In this document: positions 63,725 to 64,000 of the stretch, in pieces
Layout: the number at the start of each line of letters is the position of its first letter
How positions within the stretch are numbered: position 1 is the stretch's first letter
NCBI RefSeq assembly: GCF_036321535.1
Contig: NC_087437.1
Location: 90,894,001 to 90,958,000 of the forward strand
From: Camelus dromedarius
Taxonomy: Eukaryota
Reading direction: 5' to 3'
DNA length: 64,000 bases
Position numbers and translations under genes: made by a program
Notes under the pieces: generated by a model
Database searches by the model: none
Told to the model about the DNA's origin: nothing
Seen by the model: the letters and a program-made list of their open reading frames with translations, nothing else

Positions 63725-64000
63725 TAACTCATTCATTTGATAGACATAGTGGTTTCCACTTTGAGATTAATATGAACAATGCTGTTATGAACATCTGTGT
63801 TTTCTTATGTTCATTTCTGTTGAGTATATACCTAGGAGTAGAATTTCTGGATTATATGGTAACTCTACATTTAATTTTTGAGGAACAATCATACTGTTTG
63901 CCACAGAAGGGCACCACCTTACATTGCCAGGAAGCAATTTATGAGGGTTCCAATTTCTCCACACTCTTGTTATTTTCCCTTCTCCCTACTTTTTAGAAGT
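63725..64000 (-). mobile_element. Older L1 ORF2 3' region fragment
   Basis: ATACCTAGGAGTAGAATTTCTGGATTATATGGTAACTCTA...TTTTGAGGAAC...GAGGGTTCCAATTTCTCCACA. Confidence 0.85.

Overview
AT-rich, CpG-depleted mammalian DNA in which I can support no protein-coding exon or functional RNA gene. Much of it is decayed transposons: nested LINE-1 elements of several ages, MIR and L2 fragments, MaLR/ERVL relics, one ERVK-type solo LTR, a MER58A-like DNA transposon and a tRNA-Ala-derived SINE resembling camelid Vic-1, which suggests a camel/alpaca/llama genome (inference). The listed ORFs are L1 remnants, simple repeats or chance. I found no evidence for a new coding system. The most notable observations are: (1) a 16-mer matching, from memory, PacBio barcode bc1008 inside a TSD-flanked pyrimidine tract, probably an assembly artefact; (2) three independent L1 rearrangements breaking within about 25 nt of the same ORF2 'TLPDF' codons; (3) three 5'-inverted L1s, one apparently chimeric; (4) a solo LTR with a doubled terminus; (5) collinear ERVL RT-RNaseH and integrase relics separated by a MaLR LTR. 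Family names come from recalled consensus similarity, not a database search, and boundaries of old elements are approximate.
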